Source: an uncultured archaeon (GTDB lineage Archaea; Altiarchaeota; Altiarchaeia; IMC4; SCGC-AAA252-I15). Taken from it: a stretch of DNA of 30,066 nt. A model generated the notes under the pieces. That model made no database searches, was not told where the DNA came from, and saw only the letters and a program-made list of their open reading frames with translations. Where the stretch lies: contig CABMCB010000085.1 of assembly GCA_902384455.1 (NCBI GenBank), positions 1 to 30,066 on the forward strand. The letters run 5' to 3'. A program made the position numbers and the translations under genes. Shown piece after piece: positions 18,366-26,706 of the stretch (its first letter is position 1; each line of letters opens with the position of its first letter).

Positions 18366-18520
18366 TGTCGGTGCCTATATCTTCAACGACTTCACTTTGC
18401 CTGCAAGCACCTGATTCTCCAACTTCTGAGTCTTATCGCGCTCCAGCCCTAATGTCCGTCTCAGTCGGGTTGATACTTGCGGCTGAACTAAAGCAGAAAC
18501 CGCAGAAACCCCTACTTTGA
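18365..18520 (+). CDS. Cryptic 51-aa ORF carrying a copy of the Cys-rich protein's C-terminal anchor
   Basis: TAATG overlap with the transglutaminase stop. MSVPISSTTSLCLQAPDSPTSESYRAPALMSVSVGLILAAELKQKPQKPLL*. Shorter than anything listed in the ORF track. Confidence 0.4.
   Translation: MSVPISSTTSLCLQAPDSPTSESYRAPALMSVSVGLILAAELKQKPQKPLL
18438..18487 (+). repeat. Copy 2 of the diverged direct repeat
   Basis: Encodes APALMSVSVGLILAAE, 13/16 aa identical to copy 1. Confidence 0.8.
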
Positions 18521-18527
18521 AGAACGC

Positions 18528-20003
18528 TTAAATTGAGGAAGGCTGCAGTTGAGCCGGCCTTTTGGGCATCACCACCATCATGTAGACGTCCATGACGTTG
18601 GTGCCTGTTGGCTCGCACAGAATAGACACCCCCAGTCTGTCAAGCGGCGGGTAACTGTCGCCATACACTACTCTGTCGTCCAAAGGCATACCCAAATCTT
18701 GAATTTCCAGTATGGTGTTTCCGTCAACCATTGCGCCACCATGCCCCGCATAAAAATCTACTCCGTCAGTGCCGAAAGTCATAAATGCTCGGTCACTCCT
18801 ACCTTCCATCCTCTGCGCCATGCACAAAGCAAGAGTGCTGCCGCGACCTCCGGCTCCCGTGGAATCCTTATTCACCGCAACAGTTACTTCGCCGCCGGCC
18901 AAAATGACGGTCGGCTTAGTTATTGTTTGGGAAAGAGCGTCTGCTTTCTGGGTCAGAGTATTGGCGAATTCGTTCACGTCTCCGCTTACGGGTTCAGGAA
19001 TCAGTTCGACGCCGAAACCGTTTCCTTCCAGATTCTGTTTTGCGGCGTCCAACGCCATCCTGTTGTTGCCCACAAGCACGTTCTGGTTCCTTCCGAATAT
19101 GGGGTCTCCTTCTTTAGGCGTGTCGGGTATTTCTGCGCGCGCTCCTTTCTCAATGTGCTCGCGTATGGACGCTGGAACGAAACCGCCCTTCGCCTCCATC
19201 TCGTCGATGATGGCTTTAGCTTCCGTGAAGCTAGATTCGTCCGGCACAGTGGGGCCTGACGCTATGATTGATAGGGGGTCGTCTTTTACGTCGGATAGAA
19301 TCAGTGTGGCGGAGTCTGCAGGACTTATTTCGCGGGCCAGCTGTCCTCCTTTGACTACGTCGACGTGTTTTCTGACGCAGTTGACTTTCTTTATGTCCCC
19401 TATAATCCCCTTGAGGTCTTTTATGAATTTGGCGTAAACGTTTACGTCAGGTTCAACAGGCGAAAGAAAAGTGTCTGAGCCTCCGCCTGACACGACAAAC
19501 AGAAACAGGTCGCCTTCGCCGGCTTTCTTTGCGAGATCCAGAATCTCCTTGGAACCATCAACTCCCGCCTGATCCGGCGCCTGATGAGCGACCTCATTAA
19601 TCTTAATCCTCGAAAGCTCTATCCCGCGGGTGCTGCCGTAGCTGGTGTTCACCACACCCTCAGTTATCCCGTCCCCCAAAATGTCTTCAAGAGCCTTCGC
19701 CATCTGCACAGACGCCTTCCCTATGCCCCCAACATAAACATGCTCGTACCTGCTAAGGTCGTATTCCCTGCCGCCAACATGAAGCACCTCATCCTCCAAT
19801 CTCACATGATTCTTAACTGCATTCCCAGGATCAACGGCGGCAAGAGCCGCCTCCCGAGCGCCCTCAAAAACACCTTTGACGGCAGGATGATGAACAGAAA
19901 GCGGATTAGCTTCCGCGCACAACCCGACAAGAACCTCAGCCAAAGGAACAACAACCGGATCAGGAAGACCAGCACCACGCTCCCCAGTAACATCCCTAAA
20001 CAT
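18528..20003 (-). CDS. Glycerate 2-kinase / MOFRL family protein (DUF4147 + MOFRL), diverged
   Basis: GIGKAS, SGGGS, VRKH..VKGG, ILSDV, IASGPT, AGGEVTV, GTDG, TGTNV. ATG 20003 preferred over TTG 20030. Confidence 0.85.
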   Translation of the reverse strand: MFRDVTGERGAGLPDPVVVPLAEVLVGLCAEANPLSVHHPAVKGVFEGAREAALAAVDPGNAVKNHVRLEDEVLHVGGREYDLSRYEHVYVGGIGKASVQMAKALEDILGDGITEGVVNTSYGSTRGIELSRIKINEVAHQAPDQAGVDGSKEILDLAKKAGEGDLFLFVVSGGGSDTFLSPVEPDVNVYAKFIKDLKGIIGDIKKVNCVRKHVDVVKGGQLAREISPADSATLILSDVKDDPLSIIASGPTVPDESSFTEAKAIIDEMEAKGGFVPASIREHIEKGARAEIPDTPKEGDPIFGRNQNVLVGNNRMALDAAKQNLEGNGFGVELIPEPVSGDVNEFANTLTQKADALSQTITKPTVILAGGEVTVAVNKDSTGAGGRGSTLALCMAQRMEGRSDRAFMTFGTDGVDFYAGHGGAMVDGNTILEIQDLGMPLDDRVVYGDSYPPLDRLGVSILCEPTGTNVMDVYMMVVMPKRPAQLQPSSI

Positions 20004-20064
20004 AACAAACACCCATACGCAAAACAACAATATTAACTTCGCATCAGAAAGTCGCAGTCAAAAA

Positions 20065-21570
20065 CTATATCCTAAGAGACTTCACCGGCTTACCCAGCAA
20101 AACCTGGTCAACAAGCTTCTGCGTCTTACCGCGCGAAGAAGCAATATGCAAACGCTCCTTCTTAATGCGCCCCTCATGCTTCTTGAGCTTACTCCTGAAG
20201 TCGTCGGCCATCTTTTTGACTGCGGTGGGGCTTGTGGATCCTTCGCTTCTGTAGGCTTCGACTACGTTTCTTGGGTCAAGTAGGTGGCGTAGGACGTCGA
20301 AGGGTATGTTGACTCCGCTTTTGGATAGGTGCTTTTCTATGTCGTCGAAGCTGCTGAAGTCCTTCTTTTCTGAAATGAGTTTTAAGATTAATCCGCCGAC
20401 AATGTGGTGGCTGTCGCGGAAGCTGACTTTCTTTTCCCAAACCAGGTAGTTGGCGAGTTCCGTCGCCGCGGTGAAGTTTGCGCCGGCCAATTCCATCATT
20501 CGGGCTTCGTTGAATGTGACTGTCTGCATCATCCCGTTCATGACGGATAAGGTTGCTTCCACTGTGTTTAATGCGTTCCACAAAGGAGGTTTGTCTTCCT
20601 GCAAATCGCGGTTGTATCCCATGGGGATGCCTTTGAGCGTAGTCAAAATCTGCACTAAATCTCCGTATACTGCGCCGGTGCGTCCGCGCGCTAGTTCTGC
20701 CACGCAAGGGTTCTTTTTCTGCGGCATAATGCTGCTTCCTGCGGTGTAGCTGTCGTCCAATGTGATGAGGTTGAATTCATATGTGCTCCAGTACACGAGC
20801 TCCTCTGCGAGTTTGCTTAGGTGGCTCATGTGGATGGCAAGAGCCGAAAGAGGCTCAGATATGAAGTCTCTGCTGCTTATGGCGTCCAAACTGTGAGCGT
20901 GCATGCTGTTAAACCCAAGTAGTTTAGTTGTCAGGCGGCGGTCTATGGGGAATGTCGTGCCTGCAAGTGCGCAGCTTCCCAGAGGATTTGTGTTCACTAA
21001 CCTGTAAGAATGTTCAACGCGTTCTATGTCGCGCAGAAATATGCTTACGTAAGCCGTTGCCCAGTAGGCGAGTGTAATAGGTTGAGCGTCTTGGGTGTGC
21101 GTGTACCCTGGCATTGGTGTTGTCAGATGCGAGTCAGCTATAGCAAGGAACGTCTTTGATAGCTCTATAACCTGCTCTTGAATCGTAAGGAGGCGGTTGC
21201 GTATGTATAGGCGGGCGTCGGTTACTACCTGGTCGTTTCTGCTTCTGGCGGTGTGGAGTTTGCCTCCGTATTCGCTTCCTGCGCCGTCTATTATGTACTT
21301 TTCGACGTTCATGTGGACGTCTTCAAGGTCTGTTTTTAGGATGAATTTGCCGCGCTTATAGTCCTTTTGGGCTTTCATAAGCCATTCTAGGATGCGCTGT
21401 AGGTCGTCGTCGGTTATTATGCCTTGGCGGGCGAGCATGATTGCGTGGGCGCAGCTGCCCCAAATGTCTTCCTCAATCATTTCGGCGTCGACGCTCAGGC
21501 TTTCAGTGTAGAAAAGCGCGTTTTTAGCGAGGTCCTTTTGGAAACGACCGCTCCAGAGTGTTTTAGGCAT
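20065..21570 (-). CDS. argH: Argininosuccinate lyase
   Basis: LWSGRF, EDVH, LHTARSRNDQV, PGYTH, GSSIMPQKKNP, YNRDLQEDK. Confidence 0.97.
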   Translation of the reverse strand: MPKTLWSGRFQKDLAKNALFYTESLSVDAEMIEEDIWGSCAHAIMLARQGIITDDDLQRILEWLMKAQKDYKRGKFILKTDLEDVHMNVEKYIIDGAGSEYGGKLHTARSRNDQVVTDARLYIRNRLLTIQEQVIELSKTFLAIADSHLTTPMPGYTHTQDAQPITLAYWATAYVSIFLRDIERVEHSYRLVNTNPLGSCALAGTTFPIDRRLTTKLLGFNSMHAHSLDAISSRDFISEPLSALAIHMSHLSKLAEELVYWSTYEFNLITLDDSYTAGSSIMPQKKNPCVAELARGRTGAVYGDLVQILTTLKGIPMGYNRDLQEDKPPLWNALNTVEATLSVMNGMMQTVTFNEARMMELAGANFTAATELANYLVWEKKVSFRDSHHIVGGLILKLISEKKDFSSFDDIEKHLSKSGVNIPFDVLRHLLDPRNVVEAYRSEGSTSPTAVKKMADDFRSKLKKHEGRIKKERLHIASSRGKTQKLVDQVLLGKPVKSLRI

Positions 21571-21774
21571 TTTATCGGAATAATATGCTTCTTTATTGTA
21601 TCATTAATGTTTTGAAACTATCTGCTAAACATATTAAGCTAACATATATATGTTTTTGATTTATAAATAACTATATTGTATCAGATATAAAAATTATCAA
21701 TAAATTAAACAAAAACATCGATTTATATACATATAAAAAAATATCTTATTAAAATAACAAAAAACGTCCGCTAA
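21571..21774. promoter_or_regulatory. Very AT-rich divergent promoter region between argH and the ACT-regulator/pyrR cluster
   Basis: Only 12 G+C in 21661-21760. Direct repeat TATTGTATCA at 21594-21603 and 21674-21683, palindrome AACATATATATGTT at 21641-21654, and several TATA-like boxes. Confidence 0.65.
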
Positions 21775-22413
21775 ATGAAAAAAATAACAGATGCAGTAAC
21801 AAACATAATACAAACAGACCCCCGAATACTCGACGCCTTAAACATGGGGATAATCAACTACAAAGCACTAGCCCGCCTAATAAAACCCGAAGTAGAAGAA
21901 CTCGCAGCCAAACCGGCATCAATAGAAGCAATAGCCATAGCCGCCCAACGACTCACCACAAAAATAACGACAAACAAAAGCACACAACCCTCCTACTCCC
22001 ACATACTCGCAAAAACCCAAATACAACTAAGAGACGACGTACACGTATTCTACCTAAAAGAACTACCCCAACTACCCACAATAGACAGAGGATTCCTAGT
22101 CGCAATAAAAGGAATAGACTCCGCCACAATACTAGTAGACGACAACCACTTCCACAAACTCAGAATACCCGAACACGAAGTAGTATCAGACAAAAGAAAA
22201 CTCTCCGCCATCATCCTACAAAGCCCGCCCGAAATATCAGAAACACCCGGAGTAATAGCGCACCTACTTCGCGCCCTAGCAGGAGCCCAAGTAAACGTCG
22301 TAGAAATAATCAGCAGCTACGACACAACATACTTCCTAGTCGAACAAACAGACAGCCTACGCGCCCTCGAAGCCCTAAGATTCATAATACGCCCACTCCA
22401 AACACGAATTTAA
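21775..22413 (+). CDS. Archaeal putative regulator: N-terminal helical/HTH-like region plus C-terminal ACT domain
   Basis: N-terminal GIINYKALARLI. C-terminal PGVIAHLLRALAGAQVNVVEIISSYDTTYFLV fits an aspartokinase/ACT_7-type ACT domain. Confidence 0.75.
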   Translation: MKKITDAVTNIIQTDPRILDALNMGIINYKALARLIKPEVEELAAKPASIEAIAIAAQRLTTKITTNKSTQPSYSHILAKTQIQLRDDVHVFYLKELPQLPTIDRGFLVAIKGIDSATILVDDNHFHKLRIPEHEVVSDKRKLSAIILQSPPEISETPGVIAHLLRALAGAQVNVVEIISSYDTTYFLVEQTDSLRALEALRFIIRPLQTRI

Positions 22414-22439
22414 TACCACAACAACTAAACCTAAACACT

Positions 22440-22985
22440 ATGCCAGAAACAAACACAAAAGCAGTGCTAGAAGCAGAAGAAATAAACGAAATACTCGACC
22501 GCATAGCAACAGAAATAATAGAAAGAAGCCGCGAGAGAAAAAACTTCATGCTAGTAGGCGTATACCAAAGAGGCACACCCATAGCCCAACGCCTCGCCAA
22601 AAAAATAAAGAAAATCACAGGCAACGAAACACAAGTAGGATCACTCGACGTAAGACCATACCGCGACGACCTAAAAGGAAAAACACCCGAAGGACCAACA
22701 GAAACAAACCTACCCGCACCAGTCGCAGGACGACACGTAATACTAGTAGACGACGTAGTAGAAAGCGGCCGAACCACCCGCGCAGCAATGGACGCGCTGG
22801 TTTCACTTGGCCGCCCTAAGAGTATTCAGCTTGTGGCTTTGGTGGATAGGGGTCATAGGGATTTTCCTATTCAGCCTGATTATGTCGGGCGTAGGATTCC
22901 TACTGCGAGTCGTGAGCGTGTTTTTGTGCGGCTTGTTGAGACTGACGGCAAGGATGCTGTTACTGTGGAGACTGCTGAAACGTAA
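22440..22985 (+). CDS. pyrR: PyrR-family phosphoribosyltransferase (uracil PRTase / pyr regulator homolog)
   Basis: RIATEIIER, YRDDL, VILVDDV, GRTTRAAMDAL, GRP, LVDRGHR, DYVG; collinear with Bacillus PyrR. Confidence 0.92.
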   Translation: MPETNTKAVLEAEEINEILDRIATEIIERSRERKNFMLVGVYQRGTPIAQRLAKKIKKITGNETQVGSLDVRPYRDDLKGKTPEGPTETNLPAPVAGRHVILVDDVVESGRTTRAAMDALVSLGRPKSIQLVALVDRGHRDFPIQPDYVGRRIPTASRERVFVRLVETDGKDAVTVETAET

Positions 22986-23032
22986 ATCTGATTGGGGGCT
23001 TTTAAGGTTTCACACTCAATAAATATCCCGAT

Positions 23033-24292
23033 ATGGTGGGTGGGGAAAAGAAGGCTGATTTAGTCGTACGTAACGCCGCCACAACTTACTCTTCTTCTAA
23101 GGTCGACGTCGCCGTAAAAGACGGCGTCGTAATCAAAGTAGGCGCAGTCAAGGAAAAAGGCGGGTTGGAATACGACGCTAATGGTCGCCTTGTTTTGCCT
23201 GGTTTCATCAACATTCACACTCACTTGGATAAGGCGGCTCTTTTGAGTAAGATGCGGCCTGATGAGTTTGGTTTGTCTCTTGAGCAGAATAGGGAGCTTC
23301 TTAAGTCTTTCAAGAAGAATTACCGGACTGATGAGATTAAGGCGCGCGCAAGAGGGGTTCTTGTGCAGATGGCGCAGAACGGGTGCACTGCGGTTAGGAC
23401 TCAGGTGGACGTGGATACTACGTGCGGCCTTAAGGCGGTTGAGGCTTTGATTGAGCTTAAGGCTGAAGTGTCTAAGTGGATGACTCTTGAACTTTGTGTG
23501 TTTCCTCAGCAGGGTCTTGTTGGTGATGAAGCGTACGGTCTTTGTGATAAGGCGTTGTCTCTTGGCTGTGATTTGATGGGCGGGCTGCCTCTCGTAGAGA
23601 AAAATTGGGATGATAGGCGCAGGCATGTTGACGCTGTTTTTGAGCTTGCTAAAAAGCATGGCGTAAAAGTTGACGCGCAGCTGGACGAAAGCAACGACCC
23701 CCGTGAATTCATTCTGCCCTACTTCGCAGAAAAAACAATCGAAGCAGGATACGAAGGAAAAGTCACGGCAACTCACTGCATAAGCCTTGCTGCAGTCGAC
23801 GACAAAATAGCGCAGGAAACAATTAGGCTTATGAAGCATGCTGGGATCTCCGTCAATGTAACTCCGTCGGCGAATCTTCTCACCCTCCATGTAGTAGAAA
23901 ACGGACTTTACGTCCGCCCTCACAACAGCATCACTCGCGTGATAGAACTCATTGACGCCGGCATCCCGGTGTCGCTGGGAACGGACAACATACGCGACGT
24001 ATTCTACCCTCTTGGCAACTGCAGCATCATAAGGGAACTTCACGTGCTTGCGTCCGCAGTGAGGATGACTCAATCAGACGACCCCACGCGCCTGCTTCAC
24101 ATGGCCTCTGAAGAGGGGGCAAAATCATTGGGGTTAAATTATGGCATCAAAGCCGGCTGCGCAGCAGACTTCATAATCCTTGACGCGCATAATCCGCGCG
24201 ACGTAATAAACGGAGTTCCGTATGTTCCCGCAGTATTTAAGGGCGGAAAGCTGATTTCAGAAACTGAATTCGTTGAGAAGGTGAAGCCATGA
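23033..24292 (+). CDS. Cytosine deaminase-like amidohydrolase (CodA family)
   Basis: PGFINIHTHLDKA, FPQQG, DAQLDE, TATHC, LGTDN..D..YP.G, and G..ADFIIL. Confidence 0.8.
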   Translation: MVGGEKKADLVVRNAATTYSSSKVDVAVKDGVVIKVGAVKEKGGLEYDANGRLVLPGFINIHTHLDKAALLSKMRPDEFGLSLEQNRELLKSFKKNYRTDEIKARARGVLVQMAQNGCTAVRTQVDVDTTCGLKAVEALIELKAEVSKWMTLELCVFPQQGLVGDEAYGLCDKALSLGCDLMGGLPLVEKNWDDRRRHVDAVFELAKKHGVKVDAQLDESNDPREFILPYFAEKTIEAGYEGKVTATHCISLAAVDDKIAQETIRLMKHAGISVNVTPSANLLTLHVVENGLYVRPHNSITRVIELIDAGIPVSLGTDNIRDVFYPLGNCSIIRELHVLASAVRMTQSDDPTRLLHMASEEGAKSLGLNYGIKAGCAADFIILDAHNPRDVINGVPYVPAVFKGGKLISETEFVEKVKP

Positions 24293-25230
24293 GTCTGGGG
24301 CAGAAAAAAATAGAGGAAATCGTTTCGGAAAGCATAGATTTGCACGTGCACGTGGGGCCTGACGTTCTACCGCGCAAGTACACCATAGAGCAGCTTGTCG
24401 CCGAAGAAGAAGGGCATCTAGCAGGATTCTGCCCCAAAACCCATAGTTTCCCACCCGCAGCCTACGTAGCCGAATACCTCACCACCCACACAACAAAGAT
24501 GAAGATCATGGGCAGCGTAACACTAAACTACTTCATCGGCGGATTCAACTCAAGCGCAGTATACGCCGCCTCACAGATAACCAAAGGCCCTGTGATGGTA
24601 TGGTTCCCCACAGTCCACGCCGAAAACCACCTCAAGCGAAGCAAAAGCGAATTCGAAATTCCTCCAGACTGGGTGAAAGACCCCAACTTCATCCCCCGCA
24701 AAAAGACGGAACTGAAAAGCATCCGAGTCACCGACTGGAACAACCGCATATTCGAAAAATGCGACCGCGTACTCTCAATGATGGAGCGGATGGGATGCAT
24801 ACTCGCGACCGGCCACCTATCCGCCGAAGAAGGCGAAGTCCTAATCCTTGAAGCCCTAAGGCGAGGCATACCAAGCATATACACCCACGTAATACAACGC
24901 GACGTAGTCCTGCCCGTAGAACAACAAAAAAAGATCGCAGCAGCAGGCGCAATAATAGAACACAGCTACATAGTCTGGCGAGACAGAGACAACCCCGGCG
25001 ACTACCCATTCGAAGAACAAGTCCGCCAAATACACGAAGTAGGCCCCAAACACTGCATACTAAGCTCAGACTGCGGACAAAAACACAACCCCCCACCAAG
25101 CCAATGCCTAGCCGAATACATAGAACACCTAACAGACCACGGCCTAAAGGAGGAAGACGTCCGCACTATGCTCATAGACAATCCCCGCCGCATAATGGAA
25201 CGCAAATGGGAGATACCGCGCAGACATTAA
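24289..25230 (+). CDS. Amidohydrolase-superfamily TIM-barrel protein (DUF6282-like)
   Basis: IDLHVHVGPD, PKTH, VWFPT, LATGHLS, ILSSDCGQ, NPRR. ATGA overlap with the deaminase gene. Confidence 0.75.
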   Translation: MSLGQKKIEEIVSESIDLHVHVGPDVLPRKYTIEQLVAEEEGHLAGFCPKTHSFPPAAYVAEYLTTHTTKMKIMGSVTLNYFIGGFNSSAVYAASQITKGPVMVWFPTVHAENHLKRSKSEFEIPPDWVKDPNFIPRKKTELKSIRVTDWNNRIFEKCDRVLSMMERMGCILATGHLSAEEGEVLILEALRRGIPSIYTHVIQRDVVLPVEQQKKIAAAGAIIEHSYIVWRDRDNPGDYPFEEQVRQIHEVGPKHCILSSDCGQKHNPPPSQCLAEYIEHLTDHGLKEEDVRTMLIDNPRRIMERKWEIPRRH

Positions 25231-25260
25231 AGAGAAAAACAGTCAATTAGACGTCGGCTT

Positions 25261-26064
25261 TTACTGCGGCCATTTGAGTGTTTCTCTGTATTGCCGTGCC
25301 TTGGTTTTGATGTCGTCGGCGTATATGATTCCTCTTCCTACGTTGATTAGTACGTCGCCGCCTAGTATGGAGAGGACTTTTTGCGCGTCTCCTCCTTGTG
25401 CGCCTACTCCTGGGACGAGGTATGCGATTTTGTTTTGTCCTAGTTCGCGGGCTTTCGCAAGGTCTGCTTCGCCTATGTGGTCTGTTGAGCCTATCACTAC
25501 GCCGTCTCCGCCGCAGTCTGCGACTTTCCTTATTACCGCTTCCCAGAGGGGTATTCCTCCGTGTTTTGCCTCCTTTTGAGTCCAGACTGACTGGGGGTTG
25601 CTCATCAACGCGAGGGTGAATACGGCGATGCCTCTGAGGTGCGCGGATTCTACTGTTTCTGCGATGTTGCCTGCGTAAGGCGAGAAAGTTATTGCGTCCA
25701 CTTTAGCTTCCTGTAGTGCGGCTAGCGCGGTGTCGTTTGTGGAGCCGATGTCCGCAAGCTTGTGGTCCGCTACGACAAGAAGATGCTTCTTGTGCGCCGC
25801 CTTAGTGATTTCAGTTATCCCCGTAAGTCCTGCGTGGAACAGTATGTATTGGCTGTTGGGTTTGACTGCGATTGCGTCGTCTCCTGCTTTGTCTATTATG
25901 TCTAGGCAGAAGTTGGTGAGCGCTTCTCCCTTTGTTGCTGCCTCCAAATATTTTTCTGGGATGCAGTTTTTCTGGCGTGCGCCCGGGAGCGCAGGGTCCA
26001 ATCCTATGCAGAGCACCGTCTCCTTTTTGTCTCTAAGTTGCCGCAGATTCTCTAGGAAGTTCAT
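25261..26064 (-). CDS. pyrF: Orotidine 5'-phosphate decarboxylase
   Basis: LCIGLDP, AVKPN, DHKLADIGST, LVPGVGAQGG, NVGRGIIYA. Start at ATG 26064 forms an ATGA overlap with pyrE. Confidence 0.92.
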   Translation of the reverse strand: MNFLENLRQLRDKKETVLCIGLDPALPGARQKNCIPEKYLEAATKGEALTNFCLDIIDKAGDDAIAVKPNSQYILFHAGLTGITEITKAAHKKHLLVVADHKLADIGSTNDTALAALQEAKVDAITFSPYAGNIAETVESAHLRGIAVFTLALMSNPQSVWTQKEAKHGGIPLWEAVIRKVADCGGDGVVIGSTDHIGEADLAKARELGQNKIAYLVPGVGAQGGDAQKVLSILGGDVLINVGRGIIYADDIKTKARQYRETLKWPQ

Positions 26065-26705
26065 TTTTTGGTTGAATCCCACGTGTGGGGGTCGCGCTGC
26101 CAAAGGCGGGCAATACTTGCCTCATCCTGTTTCAAGTGGCCTGCTTTTTGAGCGGCGTCTATTGTCGCCTGGAAGTCTGTTAGTGGATGTAACTTTACAT
26201 TTGCGTTCTTGAATGCTTCCTCCGCTTCAGGCATGCGGTAAGTGTATATTGACACGACGTCGTCTACTATACCTCCTGCCTCCCTTATTACGTTGACCGT
26301 ATCAAGGCAGCTTCCTCCCGTAGACACCAAGTCTTCAATGACGACTACGCGGTCGCCTTTGTTTAAGACGCCTTCCACCTTACTCTCCGTTCCGTGGTCC
26401 TTCTGTTTCGGCCTTACGTAGAGCATGGGGAGTTCAAGCTGCTGGGCTACCCACGCAGTGTGAGGTATTCCGGCGGTTGCGGTTCCCCCAAGTCGGGCTA
26501 TAGACTCCACTCTCAATTCCTCTGCTATGACGTCCGCAAGAGCGTCAACCACAACCTGCCTTTCAGTAGGATAAGACATGAGCAGGCGGCAGTCCGTGTA
26601 AACCGGCGACTTGATTCCGCTTTTGTAGGTAAAAGGCGGGTCAAGCCGGAATTTAACCGCTTTTATGCCAACCAGTATTTCAGCCACAAGTTTGCTGTTC
26701 TCCAT
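26061..26705 (-). CDS. pyrE: Orotate phosphoribosyltransferase
   Basis: FTYKSGIKSPVYTDCR, ATAGIP, YVRPKQKDHG, VVIEDLVSTGGS. Confidence 0.95.
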   Translation of the reverse strand: MENSKLVAEILVGIKAVKFRLDPPFTYKSGIKSPVYTDCRLLMSYPTERQVVVDALADVIAEELRVESIARLGGTATAGIPHTAWVAQQLELPMLYVRPKQKDHGTESKVEGVLNKGDRVVVIEDLVSTGGSCLDTVNVIREAGGIVDDVVSIYTYRMPEAEEAFKNANVKLHPLTDFQATIDAAQKAGHLKQDEASIARLWQRDPHTWDSTKK

Positions 26706-26706
26706 T

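Noticed and set aside
15745-18487. Repeat pair as a diversity-generating retroelement TR/VR
   Set aside because: Mismatches are not confined to adenines of either copy (only 5 of 10 at A in copy 1), the repeat is short, and no reverse transcriptase is in the window.
18549-20036. Plus-strand ORFs of 150-236 aa
   Set aside because: Antisense shadows of the glycerate-kinase gene.
21571-21774. Replication origin
   Set aside because: AT-rich, but no ORB-like repeats with G-strings and no adjacent cdc6/orc1; a divergent promoter is the simpler explanation.
23060-24073. 337-aa minus-strand ORF
   Set aside because: Antisense shadow of the deaminase gene; no motifs.
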